A stretch of 64,000 nucleotides of DNA from Pyrinomonadaceae bacterium (GCA_040080065.1 JBEBJB010000028.1:1495-65494), one strand, 5' to 3'; shown: positions 31,001-39,085, counted from the first letter of the stretch. Numbers and translations: made by a program. Notes: generated by a model from the sequence alone, not told the origin.

Positions 31001-31540
31001 GGCCCATGGAGCACGACGGGAACTGCCGGACAGGGCGGCGTACCTAACGCGAATTGGGAAGCCCATCCAAATACCGTAATCCCCGCAGGCACATACACGA
31101 TCGTCGATTCCAGCCCGTCAACCTGGGCACAGAATGGCGAAAGCGGCGGCCGCGGACACGCGATCGTCAAGGGCTATCCCAGTGGCAGAACGCCCGTTGC
31201 CGATCCGGTTTCGACCGTTAAGCCGACTCCAACGCCACCGAAACAGCCCGTGTCGATCAGCGGACGTTACATTACCGCGATATTCGAAAATCGGTCCGGC
31301 GAGGCGGTTCATATATTCGCCGAGGGGCTGAACTTCGGCCCGGAAAACAAACTCGCTCCGGGAGAAAAGCGTGAGGTGCGGGTCTTAATGACGGCGACGG
31401 GGCGGATCAAGTTTATCTCAGGCCGTAGCGGACAGGTCATCGCTACCAAATTCTGGGACGGCGATCCGGAAGCTCTTAGCCGTTACCCACGTGTCATTTT
31501 TGACGGTTCCCAGTTGCTCATCACGACAGGACTGCGTTGA
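25019..31540 (+). CDS. giant exported multidomain protein (2,173 aa): NTase-like motif, hydrophobic hairpin, Ig-like repeats, TPRs, unnamed beta domains
   Basis: Start chosen at ATG 25019 (GGGAGG 4 nt upstream; MKATRLLSSFLSILIAYSLVVTSAV signal/anchor). GSWISGK...TSDFDMRVVF; hydrophobic segment 26234-26413; about 5 Ig-like repeats 28106-29269; PT linkers; about 6 TPRs 29741-30373; YHWNDGRG...PSTWAQN domain 30806-31177. Confidence 0.8.
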   Translation: MKATRLLSSFLSILIAYSLVVTSAVKIPPEPARSIIQESAPTAGELLMMEEPAELFPGSNGPFQEGIDAATKNFLKGLSGTRLEVAMSVIQTVNKAGGKVVFVGSWISGKNFADPLLGGTSDFDMRVVFDGSEDLAKAKYNQLRREITNQINQRFGADAAKILKSTNVYPPEVILEGIDDAEEALQKLMDKGINPNLGGASTEGLWGKGAKAFRDAYEAQAGRVIWKEGNTIRSGLADLLPALESAGVYTIDGAGNTSLQFVEKIEDALKAGDTKSAAKSLDRLRKMMRKGRDLGRFGEATYLDDILRECCQSLQLVNGKEALVIDLKKAAEELAKPSVREGLGNSLRRAKIEAELLIKFASETNPQTLQAIREMLQAGSGKWKRVMEAFLHYGGRVAEIGGKVRWDLALKGFFGFLMVLQAKDYLKKATQGDLEGLVQNILLDATFMVSSKFVIGFVPLILKAIMDDAIAAGYNIVTAQQECRDLIAGIYEVKGRESLDVNQRTERSIEQLATLYTEESKVLEVVAVHARNASVRNNKADPEIESILNDKCGPEIVSRWRTRRIELIADAIDVLKKVESDFNASMLIANAEPDEVTLIPDQESEVNVKATFEGSTQNIQKGLAEFDKRMRLLGGQDKLVAVEVTQVYRWKPFNLTEEESWSPVFPVFAPEKAARKFKFTGDTIKILRFEYELNIDVKTIADDVLSAKSELDKQLTKSVPFNIIVHRQSGELDIGVSPNPEPEKTITLTAILDDELKKIKDRRLAWTDLTVGGSPKAGDSFSFTLPENSSKNVRLEAFAKVNGVEVRIAQAEKAVSVGKKVTKPSPTPTPADQVVDTRKLMFAGSVPGIWDGGNNAQGFDLARQHAKTKTPGECQWEAQVHSEVWGRINPSFAPRTAAELAQKIDDLVADAKRWGFTLKVRSYAIGDFKGQFVDSSVKFSNGAWVGYGYNADGVQAYGRGWAIKGRDVVEVGYNAGGSGCWTNVDRGFLEAHTASAQSEAIGIVNSLALVEKGEFKKIPYTGPKLDGSDLPKVTFSPPSLEKLKVGESARVTVMVENAKAEDSPFKYGWGGVFEGKPETSRDVATVTVKAAKPGKFPLSVGVEGNRYFLGSAYLEYEVADYKAIIKQDKPNTRKVAVGTPVIFSAQVLSSGAPATGNFVYQWQPNPEVTFDPVEGPKNTAIATFNRPGLTKVWVEVFEKKGQVLVPLAEADQIEVEVVNPDLKVVFTPEKGFIGKEVKVRVEVTPPELKDIDFRWQITANGRLTFESQDKREITFIPQNAEPVTVMVRARVQGKGDDFGEKSGTFTAEKYDVKVNVLGPEGPKPQIWREGVGLVPLEKGIAVHQFVGMRAEVTPAVEGARYEWSVNEDTHFESNNISQQIRLSRSQVGTGIATVIVRDMNGIELGRASNSFDVSVSQADLDKRPKATPTPTPRPTPKPTPVTIPSSKFATRLIQGEAMSGEARETQGPRGNKSWPFTLRITSYDPATGSVEGEISWPSLQSVHRVRGNFSGNTLELTEKEAIKAGQAHLNVDYTINVTDSGATGTYSDHADNTEGSVRMPATSETGTGNPAATAIKQGDTLYDNGKYQQAIDAYNDALSSDPNSAAAYAGRCLAKRSLQDSAGALADCNQALKLDPNNASAYRGRSMIKRGNNDFNGAVADATRAIQIDPNDYKSYLTRGLAKDALKDYAGAAADYDRSLQINPNYPNGYSYRGLTRINLGDNRGALSDLDKYISMNPSSSSAFNNRGLAKERLGDIPGAVADYEKAIALDPKNETARRNLATLKGKSTGSPKAGLYRIDGSGVTFELSAITPNTMRVRQWQTMTPEPPERGGSYYNAGTATLLGDGITWRTKNRDVEGYCCGNNVEFEFQFLSPTSFKGIRYRLWPLGSPSPGANDSWQAHPPDEFRLVGNVPNSTVILPTATPITVSSATTETVIFKNTNIGGVNNGPTAATQFTISTPHMITYVFTYHWNDGRGAVRPGTISLRRSDGTIYGPWSTTGTAGQGGVPNANWEAHPNTVIPAGTYTIVDSSPSTWAQNGESGGRGHAIVKGYPSGRTPVADPVSTVKPTPTPPKQPVSISGRYITAIFENRSGEAVHIFAEGLNFGPENKLAPGEKREVRVLMTATGRIKFISGRSGQVIATKFWDGDPEALSRYPRVIFDGSQLLITTGLR

Positions 31541-31568
31541 CGCATTTTGTCGTGGAGGAGGTTTTATC

Positions 31569-32891
31569 ATGCTTAGACTAATTATTCTATTTACGACATT
31601 CGCTCTAGCGGCAACATCGACGCTTTCTCAGGGTGCTTTCAAACCTCGGGATGCAGATGAGGAGCAGGCTTGGCGAATTCACACGTCCTATAAAGAGGGC
31701 AGGAAAAAGGAGGACGAGTTAACACGACAGATCGCTCTTTTGCGACGTGATATCGCCAATTCGTCTGTCAGCACGATCGGCGTCTTCGGCAGCGACGCCA
31801 AGGATCGCGAGCGGTTAACAAAGATGCGAGAGCAGCTCACGGCCGAGCAGGCCAAGCTCAGAAAACTCGAAACCGATTGGGATCAGAAATTTTACGGACG
31901 TTATGGCCACCTACAGGATTCCGATGCGACGATCGTCGATCCCGTGACAAAGCGGACAATGGATAAGGTCGAATTTCGCCTCATCAATTTCCCGTTCAAC
32001 GACGTGAAGAAAAAAGAACCCTTGCCCACAACCTCCGGCATCTGGAGAAAGATTCGCGAAAAATTCTGGCCCTTCACCTCAACACCTAATGAGCCAGACG
32101 AAAATCAGGAGGAAAGCGGCGCTCCATACGATATCACGTACGTAAACAACTATTACGACCGAAACGGCACCCGACGTTGGCAAAAAGATACTTCACATGC
32201 GATGTGCCGCTTAGATCTCATCGACGCAGACCGCGTTGCCGCTGGGCAAAAAGTAAAGGTTCATTGTTCGCTTAACTACAAGGCGGAACACTACACGAGT
32301 GGAGCTATGGCGTCTTTTTGGGCCGGCGAACCGGCGATCGAATTTCCAAATGGCTTCAAGCAGGACGGATCGCTATATCCGATGTGGGGCTACTTCACGG
32401 AGCCGGTGCTTCGGGTTAGTGCCGGAAACAATGCCACGGGCGAAGCATCGGGTGAGTTTTCATTTCCGGCGGGCCCGAGGTCTGATAAGTCTCCGTTCTG
32501 CGTGAAACTCACCTCGGGCACACACGGTACCGCAGCCGCCGAGGTTTGCTACGAATGGCAGGCGGGCTCGACTGCACGGGAACTCAAACAGTCCACAAAA
32601 TGGGAAGGTCAATGGCAATCCACGTGGGGAAATATTTCAATAACGCAGGCGGGGAATAGCATAACGGGAACCTATGAGCACGACAACGGCCGGATCGTAG
32701 GCACCATTGTCGGAAACAAGATCGTCGGCACGTGGTCCGAGGGGCCAACTTTCACGGCTCCGGACGATGCAGGCGATCTGGAGTTCACACTTTCAGCCGA
32801 CGGCAGCGGCTTTACCGGTCGATGGCGATACGGTTCAAACGGTGCGTGGCAGACGAAGGAATGGACAGGTACGAGGGCAGGAATTCGATGA
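31569..32891 (+). CDS. secreted protein, paralog 1 of an unnamed N-module family (440 aa)
   Basis: GGAGGAGG 7 nt before the ATG; signal peptide MLRLIILFTTFALAATSTLSQG. The N-module GAFKPRDADEEQAWRIH...GRYGHL...DPVTKRTMDKVEFRLINFPF is shared with 32915 and 34792. W/G-rich beta C-terminus. Confidence 0.75.
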   Translation: MLRLIILFTTFALAATSTLSQGAFKPRDADEEQAWRIHTSYKEGRKKEDELTRQIALLRRDIANSSVSTIGVFGSDAKDRERLTKMREQLTAEQAKLRKLETDWDQKFYGRYGHLQDSDATIVDPVTKRTMDKVEFRLINFPFNDVKKKEPLPTTSGIWRKIREKFWPFTSTPNEPDENQEESGAPYDITYVNNYYDRNGTRRWQKDTSHAMCRLDLIDADRVAAGQKVKVHCSLNYKAEHYTSGAMASFWAGEPAIEFPNGFKQDGSLYPMWGYFTEPVLRVSAGNNATGEASGEFSFPAGPRSDKSPFCVKLTSGTHGTAAAEVCYEWQAGSTARELKQSTKWEGQWQSTWGNISITQAGNSITGTYEHDNGRIVGTIVGNKIVGTWSEGPTFTAPDDAGDLEFTLSADGSGFTGRWRYGSNGAWQTKEWTGTRAGIR

Positions 32892-32914
32892 CCGTTCTTG
32901 GTAAGGAGGATAAT

Positions 32915-34279
32915 ATGCTGCAAAAGCTTCTCAATTTGATCGTGATATTGATCGCGATGTTTGCAGTTGCGGCGGGACAGGGAACATTCAGGCCACGTGA
33001 TTCTGACGAAGAGCAGGCCTGGCGGATCTACAACGGATACAAGGCAAGCAAAAAGCTCGTTGCGGAGCTTCAGCCTAAGATCCGTCAGGTGCAGAGCGAT
33101 ATTGATAACGCTTCACAGAGCTCCATAGGAGCACTCGGAGCACATCCCGAAGACGTGGCAAATCGCAACGCAATGCAGGCTCAGGTGAAAGCCGAGCAAA
33201 AACGACAGGCGGATCTGCTTGCTTCGTGGCAAAAGAAATTTGCCGGAAGATACGGCGATCTTAAGTGGTGCGATGAACAAATACGCGACCCGAAAACGAA
33301 TCGGGACATGGATCGGATAGAGTTTGCCCTCACGTATTTCGCATTCAATTACAAGCCCGAACCACCGAAGGCTGTAACGCCAACGGCCGTGGTTCCGGTC
33401 AAACCAACGCCTCCCGCAGCCTCGGCATCGACCAGCCTGACGCTGGAACTTCCGGGGTACTGGGGCCATCTCAGCTACACGATCTCAGGAGCCAGACTCG
33501 ATCCGCCAACCGGATCGGATCGCGGCAACGTCGGCGGCAGGCAATACAAAGGCGAACTCACAGGAAGCACTCTCACTGTCTCGGGAAATGCAGTGAGCGA
33601 CAATCCGTCGAGCGGTCCTGGTTCGATGGATTACTACGAGATCGTCGTTTCCGTCGATGTCGGGAAGGAGAAAAAATACTACGGATACATTGCCCAGAAA
33701 GGCGAGAAACTCAGCAAAGCATTCTCACTGACAGTGCCCGTGACGCCCGGGGCGTCAGGAAGCTTCAGCATAAGTTTGATGGAACAAAACGCGAATTATG
33801 GGCCGCACGGCTGGCTCGTTACTGGCAGCCTCGCACCGATGAAAGCAGGAAGTACACCCGCAAAGGCGACGACCACAACAACTGTCACCAACAAACCGCC
33901 ACCGAACAACACTGCGACAATTCCAGCGGGCGAACCCGTAACTTTTTTCAAAACCGGCAACGATTACGCAGTCTCAAATGGCGGTACGCCGCCTAGTTTT
34001 GTGGCAAAAGCCCCAGTAACGATCACGCAGATAATGACATACCACTGGAACGGCGGTCGGGGATCGAATGGAGGAACGATCGCGTTACAAAATTCAGACG
34101 GCAAGGTCTTCGGGCCGTGGGTCGTGAGCGTTCGGAACGGTGTCTATTGGGAAGTTAACCGAAAAATAACGCTGCCGCCGGGAACCTACTCAGTTATCGA
34201 TTCTGAGCCGTCAACATGGGCACAGAACACGGCAAGCGGCGGCAAGGGAATGGTCGAGATCAAGGGACTAAAGCCCTGA
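32915..34279 (+). CDS. secreted protein, paralog 2 of the N-module family (454 aa) with C-terminal YHWN domain
   Basis: AAGGAGGA before the ATG; signal peptide. N-module GTFRPRDSDEEQAWRIY...GRYGDL...DPKTNRDMDRIEFALTYFAF. C-terminus MTYHWNGGRG...GTYSVIDSEPSTWAQNTASGGKG is homologous to 30806-31177 of the giant protein. Confidence 0.75.
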   Translation: MLQKLLNLIVILIAMFAVAAGQGTFRPRDSDEEQAWRIYNGYKASKKLVAELQPKIRQVQSDIDNASQSSIGALGAHPEDVANRNAMQAQVKAEQKRQADLLASWQKKFAGRYGDLKWCDEQIRDPKTNRDMDRIEFALTYFAFNYKPEPPKAVTPTAVVPVKPTPPAASASTSLTLELPGYWGHLSYTISGARLDPPTGSDRGNVGGRQYKGELTGSTLTVSGNAVSDNPSSGPGSMDYYEIVVSVDVGKEKKYYGYIAQKGEKLSKAFSLTVPVTPGASGSFSISLMEQNANYGPHGWLVTGSLAPMKAGSTPAKATTTTTVTNKPPPNNTATIPAGEPVTFFKTGNDYAVSNGGTPPSFVAKAPVTITQIMTYHWNGGRGSNGGTIALQNSDGKVFGPWVVSVRNGVYWEVNRKITLPPGTYSVIDSEPSTWAQNTASGGKGMVEIKGLKP

Positions 34280-34318
34280 TACTTTGTCATTCGAGCAGCG
34301 AAATAGGAGGTCAAGAAG

Positions 34319-34750
34319 ATGAATAAGCCATTGATGATGTTTATATTACTTGTCGCTTCGGCAATTGCGGCATCTGGCCAGTCCGGCACGATATCGGGAA
34401 AGCTGGCCTATCCGAGCGACGGCATTCCACGCGACATGATCTTATGCGTTAAGGCAACGAATCTTTACGCAGAGCCGGTCTATTGTTCTGACAACAAAGC
34501 CACAGCCCCGCGCAATGCAAAAGTCAGTTTCAAATTGAATCTAAGGACGGCAACCTACAAGATCGACCTTCCGGCGGGAACTTATCTGCTTTACGCAATG
34601 ACCGGCGAAATGCGCGGACACAAGGCGTATTATAATGAATTTGTGAAATGCGGCATGAGTGTCGATTGCCATTCGAAAAAGGCGATCCCTGTAAAGGTCA
34701 AAGCCGGGCAGAAGGTTAAAGGCATCACGGTTGGCGACTTTTGGGAGTGA
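34319..34750 (+). CDS. small secreted protein (143 aa), beta-sandwich-like
   Basis: AGGAGG 8 nt upstream; signal peptide MNKPLMMFILLVASAIAASGQ. TISGKLAYP...YKIDLPAGTYLLYA resembles carboxypeptidase-regulatory-like folds (weak). Confidence 0.65.
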   Translation: MNKPLMMFILLVASAIAASGQSGTISGKLAYPSDGIPRDMILCVKATNLYAEPVYCSDNKATAPRNAKVSFKLNLRTATYKIDLPAGTYLLYAMTGEMRGHKAYYNEFVKCGMSVDCHSKKAIPVKVKAGQKVKGITVGDFWE

Positions 34751-34791
34751 TTGACGACAGGTTATCGATAGTAAGGAGGCTCGGAAAAGAT

Positions 34792-35676
34792 ATGTTTTCA
34801 AAGATCGTCGCAATTGTCGCTTTTGTTTTCTTCATCGGCTCGTCGATCTTGGTCGCCTCGGGGCAAGAGCCTTTCAAACCTCGTAGCGGGGCAGAGACGC
34901 AGGCTTGGAGATTCTACCAACAATTCAAGGAAAGCAAAGCGAACGAGGCCAGGCTTAAGAACGCTATTACTCAGGCAAAAGGAGACTACTCGGACATATC
35001 ACAAAGCTCGATCGGCGGCCTCGCCGGGATCATCACCGGCGAGGCGACGGATCTGGCGAATTTGAGAAGGGAACTGGCCATTGAATTGGCTCTCCAGCAT
35101 CAACTGCTTGAGATCTGGGGAAAGACATTCTTCTGGAGATATGGCGAACTCAAGGACGTCGACCGTCCGGTGAACGACAAGACCTCCGGAAGAAGAATGG
35201 ATCGCGTGGAATACGCTATACGGAACTTTCCTTTCTATCGGGATCAGGTAACAGCCGCAGGTACTTCCGTAACCGCAGAAAAAGGTTCGGCAGAAGCGTG
35301 GTCGCACCTACGCGTGTCGTTGTCCAATGTGATCGACTTCAAGTCAGCTGATTCCCCAGGATGGCGAAACAACGGGACGCGTTTTACTGGAAAGGCGGCA
35401 CGACAGGGAAAGGTTCCGGTTCGGGTCGAGATCGTCGGAAAAGGCGGAGTCTCATATTTTGACTACGACTTTAGCGTTTCCGTAAACGCGCAAGGTGGAG
35501 CCGTCTTGCTGAACGAGAAAGGGAAATTGTCAAAGGATGGAGGGATAAAGACTTTCAGCTTTGAATGGGATCCAAATGTGAATCCAGGATCGCTAAGCAT
35601 TATGGTAAATATCGGCGGCGGTAATCCCGAGAGTTTTGTCTATTACGTATCGGGTACGATCGAGGCACTGCCGTAA
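34792..35676 (+). CDS. secreted protein, paralog 3 of the N-module family (294 aa)
   Basis: AAGGAGG upstream; signal peptide. N-module EPFKPRSGAETQAWRFY...WRYGEL...DKTSGRRMDRVEYAIRNFPF. Distinct beta-rich C-terminus. Confidence 0.75.
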   Translation: MFSKIVAIVAFVFFIGSSILVASGQEPFKPRSGAETQAWRFYQQFKESKANEARLKNAITQAKGDYSDISQSSIGGLAGIITGEATDLANLRRELAIELALQHQLLEIWGKTFFWRYGELKDVDRPVNDKTSGRRMDRVEYAIRNFPFYRDQVTAAGTSVTAEKGSAEAWSHLRVSLSNVIDFKSADSPGWRNNGTRFTGKAARQGKVPVRVEIVGKGGVSYFDYDFSVSVNAQGGAVLLNEKGKLSKDGGIKTFSFEWDPNVNPGSLSIMVNIGGGNPESFVYYVSGTIEALP

Positions 35677-35688
35677 CCTCTAAATTGA

Positions 35689-38424
35689 TCACTTCGCATT
35701 CATCCAATTGTCGCCGACACCGATCTCGACAGTAAGCGGAACGTCGAGTGTTGCGGCTGCTTCCATTTCTCGTTTGATCAGGGCTGATGCGGCTTCGATC
35801 TCGCGTTCGGGAGCTTCGAAGAGGAGTTCGTCGTGAACCTGCATTATCATCATGGTTTCGAGCTTTTCTTCTTTTATGGCGTTCGCAACGCGGATCATCG
35901 CGATCTTGACAATGTCGCTCGCGGTTCCCTGGATCGGCATGTTGATGGCTTCGCGTTCGGCACGGCTGCGGACCGAAAAGTTGCGGTCGTTGATCGACGG
36001 GAAGTAGCGGCGGCGGCCGAAGAGCGATTCGATATAGCCTTGTTTTCGGGCTTTCTCGGGCGTCCGGTCCATGTATTCGCGAATGCCTTTATAGGTTTCG
36101 AAGTAGTCATCAATGACCTTGCGGGCCTCGGCGCGGCTGATGCCGACTCGTTGCGAAAGGCCGAAGGCTTCGACCGCGTAGGCGATGCCGAAATTAACGA
36201 TCTTCGCGAGACGACGCTTTTCCTTGAGGTCCTTTTCGTCGGTCGCTCCGAACACAAGTCGTGCGGTCTGTGAGTGGATGTCCTCGTTATTCTTGTACGC
36301 CTCCAGCATTCGCGGATCCTGCGTTATGTGGGCGAGGATACGAAGCTCGAGCTGGGAATAATCGGCTGAGATCAGTTTGTTGCCTTTTTCGGGAATGAAA
36401 GCTTTCCGAATACGCTGGCCGAGTTCGGTGCGAACAGGAATGTTTTGCAGATTCGGATCGGTTGAACTGAGACGGCCCGTCGCGGCGACTGCTTGATTCA
36501 ACGCTCCGTGAATACGGCCATCGGCGGCGATCATTTTCGGCAACGCATCGGCGTAGGTTGCTCGTAGCTTGTCGAGTTCGCGATAATCGATGATGTGCTG
36601 GGCGATGTCGTAGGTCTGGGCGAGATCCACCAGAACATCATGGCTCGTCGAGATCTGGCCGGTTGCGGTCTTTCGGCCAGTTTCGATATTTAACTCGCCA
36701 AATATCTCGCCTACCTGTTTTGGCGAGCCGATATTAAACTCGCGGCCCGCGATGCCGTAGATCTTTTCCTGTAACGTCGCGAGTTCTTTCGTGATGAATT
36801 CCGAAAACGTTTTCAGGCTTTCGCCGTCGACCTTCATCCCGACGAGTTCAATGTCGGCGAGGATCGGAATTAGAGGGAGTTCGATTTCCGTGTACATTTT
36901 TTCGAGGCTGTTCTCGCGGATCTTTTGGCGAAGAACCGGAGCAAGACGTGCGACGAAATCGGCCTTTTCGGCGGTGCGAAACGCGGCTTCGTCAAAACCG
37001 CCGGGAACGCCGTGTGCCATGTCGAGATCGAGATAAGCCTGAGCGAGAAAGTCGATCGGGTAGCTGGCACGCGTCGATTCGAGCAAGTAGGCGGCGACGA
37101 GAATGTCCTCGCGGACAGGCTCGGGCCGGATGCCGAGAGCGAGCAGCGGGCCAAGATTTTTCTTCTCGTCGTAGGCGACCTTGTCCATGAAGACATTTGT
37201 CAGGATGTCCTGTAACGGACGTTGCACCGCTTTGATCCCGCCTTCGAAATTCAGTAGATCGACGTAATACGCTTCGCCATTTCCCAGGCCGATGCCGATG
37301 CCGAGCGGAGCTTGTTTGCCATAGCAGCTCGCTTTTTCATTGGTGCTGTGATCATTGACGAAAAAGCTCCATTGCTCGACCTCGAATAGGCGGCGAATCA
37401 TTTTATCGATGTTTTCGCTGGTTTTGACGACAGTATAGTTTGTATCAACGACTTGGCCCACGGTCGGAAGACTGTCGAACAAACCTCCACCACCGCTCGG
37501 AGCTGCGGCTGATTGAGCGATCGCGGCACCAGCAAATTCATTAGTCAAGGCTTTGAATTCCAACTCGCGGAAAAGCTCATACGCTTTCGCCCGGTCCGGC
37601 TCACAATGTTTGAGAGCGTCGAGGTCGAGCGAGACAGGAACTGTAGTGTGGATCGTCGCAAGTTCTAGGGATTGCTTGATGATGTCCTGATTATTGAGCA
37701 GGCTTTCACGCTGAGTTTTGTGCGTGATCTCCGCCGCGTGTTCCATTGCATTGAGAGCCGAACCCCATTCAAGAACGAGTTTCAGGGCCCCGACCGCACC
37801 GATTCCCGGAGCACCCGGAATGTTATCTACCGCATCGCCCATTAGTCCGAGGAGATCGATGATCTTGTCTGGCGGCAGTCCGAATTTGTTTTTGACCCAG
37901 GCTTCGTCGCACCATTCGACCGCCGGGACAGGCACTTTGCGTTTTACATTCGTCGAATTTTGCCTCATCGCGATGATGTGCGGATCGACTACAAGTTGGC
38001 AGAGATCCTTGTCGTTTGAAACGATCACCGCCTGCATGTCTTTTGCCTTGATCTGCTGGGCGAGAGTGCCAATGACATCGTCAGCCTCAAAGCCATCCGA
38101 CTTGACGATTGGAATACAAAAAGCCTCGCAAACGCGGATGATATAGGGAATTTGCGAAGCGAGATCGTCAGGCATCGCTTGCCGGTTTGCTTTGTAATCG
38201 GCATACGAATCGTGTCGAAATGTCGGCACATCCGTATCGAACACCGCCGCGATATACTCGGGCCGCTCGTCATTAATGAGCTTGCGGAGCATGTTCGTAA
38301 ACACAAAAACCGCCTGCGTAACCTGGCCTTTGCTATTGCGCAGCGGCTCCTGCTTCATGCCCATCGGGGCAAAGAATGCGCGGTAGATATGCGACATTGT
38401 GTCGATGAGGAATACTCTTTTCAT
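35689..38424 (-). CDS. polA: DNA polymerase I
   Basis: 911 aa. N-terminal 5'-3' exonuclease, central 3'-5' exo-like region, and C-terminal family A polymerase motifs (DYSQLELRILAH, QVHDELLFE). Confidence 0.95.
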   Translation of the reverse strand: MKRVFLIDTMSHIYRAFFAPMGMKQEPLRNSKGQVTQAVFVFTNMLRKLINDERPEYIAAVFDTDVPTFRHDSYADYKANRQAMPDDLASQIPYIIRVCEAFCIPIVKSDGFEADDVIGTLAQQIKAKDMQAVIVSNDKDLCQLVVDPHIIAMRQNSTNVKRKVPVPAVEWCDEAWVKNKFGLPPDKIIDLLGLMGDAVDNIPGAPGIGAVGALKLVLEWGSALNAMEHAAEITHKTQRESLLNNQDIIKQSLELATIHTTVPVSLDLDALKHCEPDRAKAYELFRELEFKALTNEFAGAAIAQSAAAPSGGGGLFDSLPTVGQVVDTNYTVVKTSENIDKMIRRLFEVEQWSFFVNDHSTNEKASCYGKQAPLGIGIGLGNGEAYYVDLLNFEGGIKAVQRPLQDILTNVFMDKVAYDEKKNLGPLLALGIRPEPVREDILVAAYLLESTRASYPIDFLAQAYLDLDMAHGVPGGFDEAAFRTAEKADFVARLAPVLRQKIRENSLEKMYTEIELPLIPILADIELVGMKVDGESLKTFSEFITKELATLQEKIYGIAGREFNIGSPKQVGEIFGELNIETGRKTATGQISTSHDVLVDLAQTYDIAQHIIDYRELDKLRATYADALPKMIAADGRIHGALNQAVAATGRLSSTDPNLQNIPVRTELGQRIRKAFIPEKGNKLISADYSQLELRILAHITQDPRMLEAYKNNEDIHSQTARLVFGATDEKDLKEKRRLAKIVNFGIAYAVEAFGLSQRVGISRAEARKVIDDYFETYKGIREYMDRTPEKARKQGYIESLFGRRRYFPSINDRNFSVRSRAEREAINMPIQGTASDIVKIAMIRVANAIKEEKLETMMIMQVHDELLFEAPEREIEAASALIKREMEAAATLDVPLTVEIGVGDNWMNAK

Positions 38425-38448
38425 TTAGAGAGATTCTATCATGCAGTA

Positions 38449-38757
38449 TTATGTAATGCCCTCAACGGTAAATCGCAATCCAAGAGCTCCAACCAACTGA
38501 ACGATAGTTTCGAAACGTGGTTTTGAATTCTTGTCTTCGGCGAGGATTTTGTAAAGCGATTTCTGACTGAGTCCGGCGTCCTTTGCCAAAGATTCGAATC
38601 CGCGAGCCTGTGCGATCTCGCGTATGGCCGCGACGATAGCCTCCGGCATGTCGGAATTCTCCTCAAACGAGGCTTTAAGATAATCGCGTTGATTTTCGGG
38701 GCTTTTTCTAAGCCAATCGATCAATCCTTGTTCATGAGAACGACTGTTCTTAAGCAT
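38449..38757 (-). CDS. addiction-module antidote protein (HigA-like HTH)
   Basis: Start at MLKNSRSHEQ (ATG at 38757), overlapping the toxin gene by 8 nt. LAKDAGLSQKSLYKIL is an HTH. Typical partner of the TIGR02683-type killer protein. Confidence 0.75.
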   Translation of the reverse strand: MLKNSRSHEQGLIDWLRKSPENQRDYLKASFEENSDMPEAIVAAIREIAQARGFESLAKDAGLSQKSLYKILAEDKNSKPRFETIVQLVGALGLRFTVEGIT

Positions 38758-39085
38758 AGTTCCTCCTTTTGAAATCTGACCAATATCGCTTGGCCCTTTC
38801 AATGTCCTTGTCCTGTGAACCTTTGTCTCCGCCACAGAGCAATACCACGATCGCGTCTCCATGTCGGGCAAAATATACTCTGTATCCACTTCCAAACGGC
38901 ATTCTCAATTCACTAACCCCGCTGCCGATTGCCTTTGCGTCACCAAAATTGCCGAAAGCGATCCTTTTCAACCTAGCCTCGATTCGTGCTGTCATCATTC
39001 GGTTGAGCGAATCGAGCCAATCGCGAATGGGGCGTTCGCCGTCTTCGGTTTCATAATCTAGAAGTATTCTCGGATTCGCGTCCAC
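38750..39085 (-). CDS. RelE/ParE-superfamily addiction-module killer protein (HigB-like)
   Basis: 111 aa. PIRDWLDSL...RIEARLKRIAFGNFGDAKAIGSGVSELRMPFGSGYRVYFARHGDAIVVLLCGGDKGSQDKDIERAK is the classic pattern. Confidence 0.75.
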   Translation of the reverse strand: MDANPRILLDYETEDGERPIRDWLDSLNRMMTARIEARLKRIAFGNFGDAKAIGSGVSELRMPFGSGYRVYFARHGDAIVVLLCGGDKGSQDKDIERAKRYWSDFKRRNYA

